Of a DNA stretch of 64,000 nucleotides, positions 17,522 through 27,696 are shown piece after piece. Every line of letters begins with the position of its first letter. The stretch's first letter is position 1. A program made the position numbers and the translations under genes. The notes beneath the pieces were generated by a model. That model had not been told where the DNA came from, did not search any database, and saw nothing but the letters and a program-made list of their open reading frames with translations. Origin of the DNA: a virus. Taxonomy: Duplodnaviria; Caudoviricetes. The stretch spans positions 9,906 to 73,905 of the IMG/VR virus record IMGVR_UViG_3300037634_005573. One strand, written 5' to 3'.

Positions 17522-20500
17522 TTATTTCTCATTTTTTGGTTTTGTGACTACATCGAAATCCATCTTGCCGAACTCAATCATGGTGAAAAAATCATAAGGC
17601 CAGTTATATGAATAAAATGGTATTTGGCTATCATTTTCCCTCTTCCCGACTTTGAGATCAAATTTACGGAACCTTGGATCAGTGTTTATATTATCTGCTA
17701 ACACTTTGTCAAAATAACTAGTTTGGGCGCGTTGTTTTACTTTAAATACCATCCATTTAAGATCACTATTCTTGTTATCGCCGGTTTCGGAAATATAGGA
17801 AAGAATCTCATTACCAGCTAATTCGTGAGATAAGCTTGTTTCGCCAAACTCCGGGGTTGTTCCCAATTTGGGAGATAAGTTTTGCCATATATGAGCTAAG
17901 TCGTCTTGGTTAAAAGTGTGTGAGAATTCGAAAATATACATTGAAATTGGATCAACCGAATCAGAGTTGTTTACGAAATCGAACCGCGGAGGAATAACAT
18001 ATTTATCCATTTTTCTAACCAAATCGATTATCGAGTCTCCTGGAGTTATCTCGTCTGTGCTGAATTCATAGTTTGGGCTGGTGACTTTCTTGGCGGTACT
18101 GGCTATCAATTCCTTGTCGAGTGCAAAGAATTTTCTTTTGCTGGCGCGCTCAATGAACGGAATGGCTACTATAGCCTCATATACAGTCTTTGAGGTAGAT
18201 AGTTTGCCGATCCTAGTCGACTTCTTTTTGAAATTCACTATATCTAACAAAGAATCAACGTTGCCAGAATCATAAGTGGCCGCAGTAGAGGAATCCAAGG
18301 GGGCTCGATTATCTAGCCATTCTTTTTCTATATTGGAAACTTCCAAGAATATGCCTTTATTTGGGTCCGTCGGAACAATGCCAAATTGATGCCACATACC
18401 GCGGGGGACAGACTCGCTGGCGTTAGTAGGCAGAGTTATCAAACTTCCCGTTATAGCATGAGTGCCTTGATCGTTGAAGTTCAAGGTGGGAGTCTCAAAC
18501 TTGGGCTGGATTACCCACACTTGGTTGTTTGTCTGCTTATCGTCTTTAATTATAGTGGGATTGCCACTGGCATCGAATTCGACCGATCTTATAGAGGCTT
18601 TTCCAAATACATTGACCGAGGAGGTCAGTTGCATTGCAAAATTATTTACATATTGGCCGTATGGAACTTCGTCGTGCAAAGTACCAACTGGCCAGTTGCT
18701 TGAGGAGTCGACGCGCCAGTTAACCACAGAGCCACTGCCGAAAATATCGTCCAAAGTGTGAGTCTTGCTATCGGCTGTGAACAAAATGTCTGTCCAGGCC
18801 TCACCGTCATAATACGGTGGAGTGAATCCGAAATTAAACCCAAACAAACTATCGGGTTCTATAGCATCCGGAAATGATCCGGTATCAACGTATCTTCTTG
18901 CGGCGACCGGAGGACCGAAGGCGCTGGGTCGGGAATACATGGTGAAATTCTCTGTGAGTGGTTCGTCTCCAATAAGGCCGAGCGTTTGAAAGATGTTGTG
19001 CTGCGGGGTAGGATAACTGGTTGAAAATACTCGTGGTGTTCTCATACTCCTTCGCAGGCGGACTCTCATTCCGTAAGTCTTGCCCGGTATGAATTTTTTA
19101 AATTCGGTTTGTGGCCCGGATATTAGACTAGTCATTTCGCCTTGTTCTAGGAAGAAGTTGACGGTTTCTGCTAAAAAGTTGTTGGACATCATAGTATAGA
19201 GGTCATCGCCACTCCCGTCCCAACTAGAGGTCAGGCTGAAAGAAGCACTTGGGTGGGGTTCCATATCAGAAAATGCCATATTTTTGATATAATTTTGCGG
19301 TTCGATAATCGCCTCAAATGGCACTCTATAGTCAAAACCATTTATACCGTTGCTGCCAGTGCCAAGAAGATAATATCCCGTGGAACTGGTGGTCGTCGGG
19401 TCTATCCCCTGAGAGCCGGCGGAGCCCGTGATATCAGCATTCTGAATTTGTATGATTTCTTTCGCGCCAATATAGGCAGGATAGTCGACAGCAATTCCAG
19501 ACTTGATAGTGTTGTATAGTATGCCGGGAGCAAACAGAGTAGAGTAAATTGGCCGCATCTTATTTGAAGCATCAGTAACAAAGGAGGTGGTATCTGTGCC
19601 TTGAAAGCTCATATGGCTAGAATAAGATTTGGAGAATTGAGTAGCTAATTCTGCCGTCCTTTCTGCTGGAAAGAATCCATCGTAGGGAACAAACTTCTTT
19701 ATCGCTCTGATCTTGAGCTTGATTTGCGATGGCTCCACAAAGTCTTTTAATTCTGTTAAGTTCCTTCCCAAATTCGCGAATAAATCAGAAGTAGTAAATA
19801 CTCCGAAGAAATTAGTTCCAGCACTATTCTCGGGGATTTCCGCGCTGGCTGTTAAAGAATTGGCGCCGAAAATACTGAATGAAGCAGTGTTGGCGCTTAA
19901 GAAGTTTCCCTGCCTAGTATTAACATAATAATCTATATGCTCCGAGATTCTAAACTCCGGCACAATTGAGTAACTTTCGTTGTGTATGTGAGTATTTTCA
20001 TTGAAGTCGCCATAAGAATCATAGAATGGCGGCCTAGAGTGGGATACAAAAGTCCCATTATCGTCTAGATATCCAGCCTGACTAGAAGCTTCCCACAAAG
20101 CATTCCCACCAAAAAGTTGTCCCTGGCCAAGCGGGAAATAATCTGATGCCATTGAACCGATATTTCCGAGGGCGCCGGTGGAGGGGATACTGATCCCGAA
20201 CAAACTCACGAACGAGTATTTTGCCCCCAGGGTATGTTTTCTGCTATATAACGGCGCCAGGCGAGTTTCGTCTTTTTGGCCGCCATGAACTTGCACGTAG
20301 CAATTTTGTAAGGCGCCGGCTTTGGAGCCAGCAGCAACAGAGCCGGAAGATCCGGTCAAAATAGCAGTAGTTGTAAAGTCCTCTTCCGCATCGAGCGCCC
20401 AGGAACTTTGAGACAATGTAGTGTTTATATTATATGGAGCTTTCTTTAGCAGAGTGCCCTTTGATGTTCTGTTCGTCCTGGAGGTTCTCCAGAAGTTGTT

Positions 20501-23500
20501 CTCGAAATTATTTCTTGCTCGGATCTTTTCCAGTCCGATATTAACCCGGCTTGGGTATGCGGTGTTGGAAAATTTAATATATTTAAGAGTAATATCTTCT
20601 GATTCAACAAGCCTCTTAATTTGAACTAAGCGTTCTTTATTATAGTTTGTTATCTCCAAGATATTGTTTAGCTGCTCGTTTGCAAAATGCAGTAAATCAT
20701 TGTTCTGTGATATATTAATCAAAAGATTGATGTTTTGATTGCCGGCCTTCTTACTAATCGCGATAGAGATAGGTTTATTGCTGGTGTCAATAACTGGCTC
20801 GGTGAAGGTGTAGGTTTTCTCGTTTCTCAACCTTTTAACTTGTCTTCCATTTCTATCAATAATTATCGATTCATCGCCGTATTCTGGAGTGTGAGAGACG
20901 AGATTATTCTTTTTCAGGGTCTGCATAGCTTTGGAATTTTGGTTTCTGATTTGCGACCATGAAGAAAGTTTAAATGCGGAAGCGCGGGTGGCCATTATAG
21001 AGTTGAAGGTGGCGGCTGCATCAGTTGTGGAAAGCCCAGAATTCAAGTCTGTGTTGAGATAGTTGGTTAGATCTGTCCCCAGTGCAAAACCGATCAGGTT
21101 ACTACTTGTGTCAAAAGGAGTAAGAACATTTAAGTTATAAGGATAATATGGAGTGCCCTGTGTTGTCCCGGAAAGAGCAGCAGTGAGAACGAAATCTACC
21201 CCATCAATAAAACCGGCTGAACTGGTGATCTTACCGTCTGAAGGTATGAACCCAAATGGCACGTTATCGGCCGCGGACAAGGAGAATCCGCCATAAGACG
21301 TCGCGCTGCCGGTGATCCAAGAATACTGTAAATCGCTTCTTGGGATCTGGTGTTGAATAAAATAGTTATCGAACGTAGAGGCTGTTATATATGTCGTTCC
21401 ACTGAGTTCAATTACCACTCTTCGGTTTCCGGGAGCGTTGTGAAAACTGGCTATGCCGTTCGTCTCAGCGGTGGGGAAAGATCCGCTTTTCAGTCCGAAA
21501 CCTTGTTGGTGAGTTTTAAGCATAGTGATGAGGGGCTGTCTTACCGAGAGGTTTCTCCACGGCAAAGCATTGTAAGGACTCACTTCGGCGTGTTGAGCGT
21601 CGAGGCCAGGGCCGCCGAAGTTATCGCCCATGGTGGCGGGATCTCCGGGGGCTGAGAACCGGTTGACAATAATGTTTTCTTTTTTGGTTCGGGCTAGTTT
21701 TGTGTAGTCGCTCATCCCCACTACATATGAAGATGTGACCAAACTAGCCGAAAACGGAGTAAGGACAAAAAATGGATCATTGATCATTCTGCCATTGGAA
21801 GATACAATGTCCAGAGGAGCATTATAATTTCCCAATTTTGTTCCAGCGCTGGATGCCGTATGTCTTATATTGGTAATATTAACCGGCCTTTTGGCGTGAG
21901 TCCCTCTGGCAAAAGTGGATCGTGGGCGAGAAATTGGCTGATTCGTGATCGTGATAGTGTCTGTTGTTAGATCGATCTGGAATCCTTCGGTGCGGTCTGT
22001 AACTCCGTCAAGGCTATTTGTGCCTGCCTTGGTCGATGAGTAGTGATTTATATCAACGTGCCTATATGCCGAGCCTCCGACATATTTCTCGGTGAACGGA
22101 CCTTGCATTGGAATTTCAAGTGTTGTATCATATACATCTTGGTGTATTCCATTAATGTCGAACTTAGTTGTTGAGCCAAAATCACTTATCATTTGGGCTT
22201 GATAACCGGTGGTTGGCACTCCAGCGGAAGCACTGACAAAAGTAAACGGCAACACACTAAAAGAACTTAGAGTCTGTGTTCCGAAACTAACTTTAAACCT
22301 CTTTCTTATTTTCTGGAGTGCGGTGGGCTGGCCTCTACTGGCGCACAGGTCTCTTATATTATCATTGCAGTCTTCTTCTGTGTTGAACCCGCTAATAACC
22401 AAGCTGGCGCCGGCGACCTCATTAACTATGGATTTCCACAACTTGGAGTAAAACCCCGGAGGCACATTAATTCCACCTTGGATTGCCTTATTTAGCAAAT
22501 CTCCCATTCTAGTGTCCATAGAAATACAGAGATTGTAGAGCTTGACAAACTTTCTTTTTGCGAAATCAGAGCCAACATATTTTGTTCCATCAGATTGCGC
22601 CAAATTGGGAGCAGAGGCCGAAGAGTGTGTCTGGATTATCCTTCTGAAAGTATCGCGCTGGGAGTCGATAGTAGTATCGCCGGAAGTTATAACTGTATTG
22701 TCCCTTTCGGTGCGAGCATTCCACCAATGACAGTTATCATTTTCGTTGTTTGTTAGGGGCGAGTAGCCGCGGTGCCAAGGATATAGCATCTCTGTAATAC
22801 CATAAACTTTACCTTCGATCTCGTTATCAACGAACTTCAACAATGGATAATTATATCTAATATGATTTCTTTCAAGAGCGTGACTTTCTATTACTGTATT
22901 AATATTCTCCGATGTGTCTGCTGTGATTGGCACTAGTTGCCTAATCATTTCAGACAAAGATGAATCAATCCATCGATAATAACTTAAGTATTTTTCTATA
23001 TCGGGAGTATTTCCTATTTTTTCGAAATAAAGCTCTCTCAATTGTCGAAGTTCTTTATGTTCGTGTCGATATCTCTGAACTGGCTGGTGGTAGAGGTTGC
23101 TAAACTCTTTGATGCTGGCGAACATGTTCACTGCATCTTTCGAGATACTTCTATAGGGACTCTTCTCGAAGGCAAAATAATAATTAACCGGCAAAGTCTC
23201 TCGGGTGAATACTTCGTCGTCTTTGTCTAAGATTTGCACGAGATCATAACTGGATATGTCGTCTGGGATTCCCAGTTCGGCGAAATTAATAAACACCTTA
23301 TCGGTTACTTTGGTACTAGATGCGGGGAAGCTGTCCGCTATGGCCTCGTAAACATACTCAGTCGATTTAGATATGTCTCCGAAGCGGTCTAGGTTGGAGG
23401 TGGAGCCAGAGGATATGTCATTTACAGCAAACTGGCCAGAGGCGTCGGAGGAGGTGACCGACTCGAAATCCCAATGGAGAGCGAGGGTTTCGATTTCCGG

Positions 23501-26236
23501 CACGTATGTTCCCGTTAGCTCAGTTTGATTAAGAAAAGCGTTTCTACTGGGGTTTTGTGTTCCATGGTTGGAGGGGTTTTGCGCGTGCGCTGCAATGGAG
23601 TCAGCAGCTAACGGATAAAGCCAATGTCTTACTGAGCCTATCTTTAAGTCTGTCTTAGTTGCAGTGGAGCCGGTAAAGTTTGTTTTGTGAGCGCCGGCGT
23701 AATATCTCTTGGGAGAAGACGTTAGATTCCTTCCTTGCTCGAATGTTAAGCTTTGTGTCAAAGTAAAAGAATCGACCGTGATATCTAGTTCTTTATGGAT
23801 ACCGTGAAATTGCAGTGTATAGGTTCCTCCGGTGGTGCCAGTGACACCATCGGCTAGTCCAAATTTATCTGGCTTGACCGAAATTGCAAAGTTCCACTTC
23901 TTGTTATCATAGGTCTCCGGAAAGACACTGGAAGTTAAGACAGCACCGGAACCTGTTCCGAAGCTGGCTGATAGCGAAAAATAAACATCTGGTGATTCTT
24001 CTTTGGTCCGGATTGAATGAAGTTGAACTGCTATATCGTCAGATTGAAATGTATAGTCCGTGGCGCTGGACGTGTTTGGTAAATGAAAGCCGAAGATAGA
24101 GGAGGAAACAAAGCTGGTGTAAAAATAACTCGGGGAGGAGATGGATTGTTTTTTTGGAAATACCACTTCCGCTTCGGAGGTAAAACCAATTTCTCGTAAG
24201 TCGTAGTTGACAAGGTTTCCAGAGACATATGTTAAAGTGGAGCCGGTCTTGTGATATATGTTTGAGTTAAAGTGATCCGGATCGTTAAAGTCTGCGAACT
24301 TCTTGCCAATAGACGGAAAAGTATACCGGTCATCATATTTGTATCGGAGATTGTTTCCGTAAATATTAACATTTATTAGTTCTTCGCCGACTCCGAAGCA
24401 CCTAAACAAGTTTCTGAAACCCTTCTGTGTGCCTTTGGACTTATAGATATAAACAAGGTTGTTATATATGTTATTATAAATTTGATTTTTGGTGTCGTTT
24501 ATCTGGGATTCAAACTGATTTCTTTCGTCGTGGTTGAATATTTTCTCGGCCAACTCGGCGTCTTTAAAGATTAGCGGAGAGACAAATCCTTGAGATTCCA
24601 AAATACTACGATTAAATGGCAGTGGTTTTTCATAGCTAGAACTAGTATATTGTTTATTTTTAATTTCGCTAAGAGAGCGAATAGAAGCATAAAGCTCATC
24701 CATATAGGACGCCATAATTTGCGTCAAATTAAATAAGTTATTGCCGCCGATGCCGGTGCGGTCTTCATCAACAATCCAGTTTGGCAGAGAATAGAAGAAT
24801 GAAGAGTTATTAAAAGTATCATACTCCGATCCAGAAGCTATTAGAGAATCCCTTAAAGCTACGATATCCGGGTGTGCGGCCCTTACGATAGGATCTTTGA
24901 ACTCTGATATAGTAGCAGATGCCAAAACCATGGCTGAATTGGTATTTCTGGCTCCGGAGCCTGGGTATCCAACCCAGGTGCCATTCGTTACTCTTCCGGA
25001 GTAATCCAGAACCACCGAGTCAATCGAATCGACTGTGGTTATTCCTTCATTAAACTTGTAATAAACTCCCAACTCTGTATTGGAAATATCGGTGTTTGTT
25101 CCGCCGCCAACTTGGTAGCGATAATTCTCATAAATCTGTTTATCTGTTCTCTGCGTCTTCCAGAACCTGAACTCGTCTAGAGAAGAGGAAAGCTTGCCGG
25201 CGCCGGCTGCGGCAGTGGATCCGGATGGCGATGTTATGAGAGCACCGATTCGGGCTTGTAGAGCGCCGGTGACTTCTTGTAAATTAAGGGCGCCAATGAT
25301 AGTATCCGCTAGGGCGCCGTCTCTATATGATTTGACCGTTACGCCGGCGGAACCACTTTTGAAAGTAAAAGCGTAGTGATGCCAATTTCCATCGCCAACG
25401 GTGGCTGTCGTTTGTGTGATTAAGGGCGCGGCCGACTGCACACCAACGTTTGATACGCCGACGGTACCTGAATAGACGTTGAACTTCCATGCGCCTTCGT
25501 TAGCGGCTGTTCCCGTAAGGAACAGAGTGAAACGTCCATAACCAGCGCTGCTAGATGGCTGGCCATTCCACAGATCGAAAACTACTTCTTTTCTGGTTAG
25601 GCTAGTGATCCAGTTATCCTTTTTCATCCAGAACTCGACCGAATACCCTTGGGGGGGATCAAGTTTAAGATTACTATCCCGAGTTCCTACCCTACCGGAG
25701 GCCTGCACGCCGGCTGTGGCATACACGTCGGCCTGGTATAGATTAGAACTCTCGAAAGTCGTAGCTAATGGTTTTCCGGTCATTCCCCCGGAGGCTGTAT
25801 GGGGGCCGCCGTAAAGTTCAATATATTCTAAGCTATTGGGGAGGCCATAACCATCTGTTGTTGAGGCCTGGGTGCCCCAGCCATTCGAGGAAATTATAGC
25901 ATACCCGTTGGTTCTAGGGTATTTGTTTTCCAGCAAATATAAGTCCAGATAAGTTGAACTCTTTAAGAACGAGTTCTTCTCCTTTTGAGAACCATCATAC
26001 GGATATTCGTTAACGATATTAGTTATGGAGGCCGAATAGTAATTTTCAGCAGAACCGAATCTTACAAAGCTAGCGGGATTTGAAAAATCCACTAATGGAA
26101 CAAATTTCTCATTTAACTCTAGCTTTTCTTTGATATTTCCGGTCGATTCTGCCTCTTCAAATATGTCTGTGACTGTTTTTTCTAAGGTAACAGAATCATT
26201 CTTTTTTTGTTGGTTAAATAGGTCTTTTATACTCAT
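17522..26236 (-). CDS. Giant baseplate-associated protein (gp7/P2 gpI-like motif plus LamG/ConA-like domains), 2904 aa
   Basis: YSVEFWMK...WHHYAFT...LDEFRFWK (LamG); YKSKGTQKGFRNLFRCFG (gpI-like); in the baseplate module. Confidence 0.65.
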   Translation of the reverse strand: MSIKDLFNQQKKNDSVTLEKTVTDIFEEAESTGNIKEKLELNEKFVPLVDFSNPASFVRFGSAENYYSASITNIVNEYPYDGSQKEKNSFLKSSTYLDLYLLENKYPRTNGYAIISSNGWGTQASTTDGYGLPNSLEYIELYGGPHTASGGMTGKPLATTFESSNLYQADVYATAGVQASGRVGTRDSNLKLDPPQGYSVEFWMKKDNWITSLTRKEVVFDLWNGQPSSSAGYGRFTLFLTGTAANEGAWKFNVYSGTVGVSNVGVQSAAPLITQTTATVGDGNWHHYAFTFKSGSAGVTVKSYRDGALADTIIGALNLQEVTGALQARIGALITSPSGSTAAAGAGKLSSSLDEFRFWKTQRTDKQIYENYRYQVGGGTNTDISNTELGVYYKFNEGITTVDSIDSVVLDYSGRVTNGTWVGYPGSGARNTNSAMVLASATISEFKDPIVRAAHPDIVALRDSLIASGSEYDTFNNSSFFYSLPNWIVDEDRTGIGGNNLFNLTQIMASYMDELYASIRSLSEIKNKQYTSSSYEKPLPFNRSILESQGFVSPLIFKDAELAEKIFNHDERNQFESQINDTKNQIYNNIYNNLVYIYKSKGTQKGFRNLFRCFGVGEELINVNIYGNNLRYKYDDRYTFPSIGKKFADFNDPDHFNSNIYHKTGSTLTYVSGNLVNYDLREIGFTSEAEVVFPKKQSISSPSYFYTSFVSSSIFGFHLPNTSSATDYTFQSDDIAVQLHSIRTKEESPDVYFSLSASFGTGSGAVLTSSVFPETYDNKKWNFAISVKPDKFGLADGVTGTTGGTYTLQFHGIHKELDITVDSFTLTQSLTFEQGRNLTSSPKRYYAGAHKTNFTGSTATKTDLKIGSVRHWLYPLAADSIAAHAQNPSNHGTQNPSRNAFLNQTELTGTYVPEIETLALHWDFESVTSSDASGQFAVNDISSGSTSNLDRFGDISKSTEYVYEAIADSFPASSTKVTDKVFINFAELGIPDDISSYDLVQILDKDDEVFTRETLPVNYYFAFEKSPYRSISKDAVNMFASIKEFSNLYHQPVQRYRHEHKELRQLRELYFEKIGNTPDIEKYLSYYRWIDSSLSEMIRQLVPITADTSENINTVIESHALERNHIRYNYPLLKFVDNEIEGKVYGITEMLYPWHRGYSPLTNNENDNCHWWNARTERDNTVITSGDTTIDSQRDTFRRIIQTHSSASAPNLAQSDGTKYVGSDFAKRKFVKLYNLCISMDTRMGDLLNKAIQGGINVPPGFYSKLWKSIVNEVAGASLVISGFNTEEDCNDNIRDLCASRGQPTALQKIRKRFKVSFGTQTLSSFSVLPFTFVSASAGVPTTGYQAQMISDFGSTTKFDINGIHQDVYDTTLEIPMQGPFTEKYVGGSAYRHVDINHYSSTKAGTNSLDGVTDRTEGFQIDLTTDTITITNQPISRPRSTFARGTHAKRPVNITNIRHTASSAGTKLGNYNAPLDIVSSNGRMINDPFFVLTPFSASLVTSSYVVGMSDYTKLARTKKENIIVNRFSAPGDPATMGDNFGGPGLDAQHAEVSPYNALPWRNLSVRQPLITMLKTHQQGFGLKSGSFPTAETNGIASFHNAPGNRRVVIELSGTTYITASTFDNYFIQHQIPRSDLQYSWITGSATSYGGFSLSAADNVPFGFIPSDGKITSSAGFIDGVDFVLTAALSGTTQGTPYYPYNLNVLTPFDTSSNLIGFALGTDLTNYLNTDLNSGLSTTDAAATFNSIMATRASAFKLSSWSQIRNQNSKAMQTLKKNNLVSHTPEYGDESIIIDRNGRQVKRLRNEKTYTFTEPVIDTSNKPISIAISKKAGNQNINLLINISQNNDLLHFANEQLNNILEITNYNKERLVQIKRLVESEDITLKYIKFSNTAYPSRVNIGLEKIRARNNFENNFWRTSRTNRTSKGTLLKKAPYNINTTLSQSSWALDAEEDFTTTAILTGSSGSVAAGSKAGALQNCYVQVHGGQKDETRLAPLYSRKHTLGAKYSFVSLFGISIPSTGALGNIGSMASDYFPLGQGQLFGGNALWEASSQAGYLDDNGTFVSHSRPPFYDSYGDFNENTHIHNESYSIVPEFRISEHIDYYVNTRQGNFLSANTASFSIFGANSLTASAEIPENSAGTNFFGVFTTSDLFANLGRNLTELKDFVEPSQIKLKIRAIKKFVPYDGFFPAERTAELATQFSKSYSSHMSFQGTDTTSFVTDASNKMRPIYSTLFAPGILYNTIKSGIAVDYPAYIGAKEIIQIQNADITGSAGSQGIDPTTTSSTGYYLLGTGSNGINGFDYRVPFEAIIEPQNYIKNMAFSDMEPHPSASFSLTSSWDGSGDDLYTMMSNNFLAETVNFFLEQGEMTSLISGPQTEFKKFIPGKTYGMRVRLRRSMRTPRVFSTSYPTPQHNIFQTLGLIGDEPLTENFTMYSRPSAFGPPVAARRYVDTGSFPDAIEPDSLFGFNFGFTPPYYDGEAWTDILFTADSKTHTLDDIFGSGSVVNWRVDSSSNWPVGTLHDEVPYGQYVNNFAMQLTSSVNVFGKASIRSVEFDASGNPTIIKDDKQTNNQVWVIQPKFETPTLNFNDQGTHAITGSLITLPTNASESVPRGMWHQFGIVPTDPNKGIFLEVSNIEKEWLDNRAPLDSSTAATYDSGNVDSLLDIVNFKKKSTRIGKLSTSKTVYEAIVAIPFIERASKRKFFALDKELIASTAKKVTSPNYEFSTDEITPGDSIIDLVRKMDKYVIPPRFDFVNNSDSVDPISMYIFEFSHTFNQDDLAHIWQNLSPKLGTTPEFGETSLSHELAGNEILSYISETGDNKNSDLKWMVFKVKQRAQTSYFDKVLADNINTDPRFRKFDLKVGKRENDSQIPFYSYNWPYDFFTMIEFGKMDFDVVTKPKNEK

Positions 26237-27696
26237 TATTCCACCCTAAACTTGAAAACTTCGGGCTGCTCCTCATAAGAACTAACTGCACCGTTATAAA
26301 ATGACAACTTTATCCCATATGCATATCCAGCTTCCAGTAAAGAAGTATCTAAATCAAAATAATTTCCATCAACATCGAAAGACATTCTCGTATGGTTTAA
26401 GCTTCCGGTACCATACTCTACGACGTCTAATTCATCTATTATCCTATATATCCTATAGGATCCGCTCTCTATTACATAGGGAGGGGCTTTGGCGACCGCT
26501 TTTGTATAAATGTTTGGCGACCAGTTTCTCAAGCGGGTATAGACTCTAAACCTCTCAGTCTGTCCCTTGTGATAAAGCGGCTTAAGATTAGTTATTGTTG
26601 TGACATATGATAGATTATCATTTGCAGTCGAGAGATTCAACACCGTGGGACTGATACTCCCGGTCCAGTATTGAGTGGTAAGATCCCCACTGTGCCATAC
26701 ATCAAAAAGAGTAACCAACGGAGTTGCGGCAGCAGTTGTAGCAAAACTAGCAGAATATATGCCCGTTGAAACATATCCGCCCGTAACCACCGTAGGAGAG
26801 GCAACCGTAACGTGGGTTCCATCCGTGACGAGCGTTAAGGCAGAGCCGGTTGGAGTGGTCGAACCAGAATAGGCCGAAACATAAATATTGCCCGTTCCAA
26901 TGTCTGGAATGTTCCTCAAGATTCCTCTGTGATAGTTATAGAGATAAACTGTGTTTAGGTTCTCGTCGGCCGTTTGGACTGAACTGGAATAGTAAAAGTT
27001 ACCGCGGTTGTCAGTAGTCGCACTATCATATCTCGCCTCTATGGCTGGACGTTTGAAGAAGAATTCTGACGATCTTGAGAAAAACTTTTTAGTATAATAG
27101 GAGCGTGTAGGTGACGAATCTAAATTGCCGGATAATTGTATCAGGACACCGTGATTGTCTTTTGTGCTAGCTAGCCAGTCCTCCACTAGAGAGGTTACAT
27201 CAATTAGAAGATCTTCAGTGCCAAGTTCTCCGAAAGTTTGGGTGAAAACTGGAGAGGAGTGAGTGTGGCCGCCGGCGGTGGTCCAGGCGTTCGATGCATC
27301 GCGGTTGGCCCAGTTTGAGCTTCCGGAATCGGAAAACTCATCCAAATCTAAGCCAGTTCCCTCGACCCAAGACTGTGAAAGCGCTGTGACTTGCATATCA
27401 TAGTTTCTGGGGAGGGAGTAAGCGTGAGGAGCATTATATAGTCTCAAGTAAAAGCTAACATTTCCAGAGGCAGGAATTGTTCCTGCTGCCCTATCTGTGC
27501 TGATTGAGTCGACATCAAATTGTGCGATGGTTCTCATAGCTTCTACCGAGGACGTGGAAATTTGCCCATAGATGGAAAATACCTCTAAAACATCAGCCAG
27601 ACCCATATTGGAACTAGTTGCCCTAGTTGTGAAGTTTTGTTTATAAGCATTCGTAATACTGTTGTCTTTAGTAGCGTAATATCTCTTGATAGCCAT
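26236..27696 (-). CDS. DNRLRE/CBM96-like domain virion protein
   Basis: AQFD...YLRLY...SQSWVEGTG...DVTSLVEDW...NHGVLI...FFSRSS...RPAIEARY pattern; TAATG coupling at both ends. Confidence 0.6.
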   Translation of the reverse strand: MAIKRYYATKDNSITNAYKQNFTTRATSSNMGLADVLEVFSIYGQISTSSVEAMRTIAQFDVDSISTDRAAGTIPASGNVSFYLRLYNAPHAYSLPRNYDMQVTALSQSWVEGTGLDLDEFSDSGSSNWANRDASNAWTTAGGHTHSSPVFTQTFGELGTEDLLIDVTSLVEDWLASTKDNHGVLIQLSGNLDSSPTRSYYTKKFFSRSSEFFFKRPAIEARYDSATTDNRGNFYYSSSVQTADENLNTVYLYNYHRGILRNIPDIGTGNIYVSAYSGSTTPTGSALTLVTDGTHVTVASPTVVTGGYVSTGIYSASFATTAAATPLVTLFDVWHSGDLTTQYWTGSISPTVLNLSTANDNLSYVTTITNLKPLYHKGQTERFRVYTRLRNWSPNIYTKAVAKAPPYVIESGSYRIYRIIDELDVVEYGTGSLNHTRMSFDVDGNYFDLDTSLLEAGYAYGIKLSFYNGAVSSYEEQPEVFKFRVE

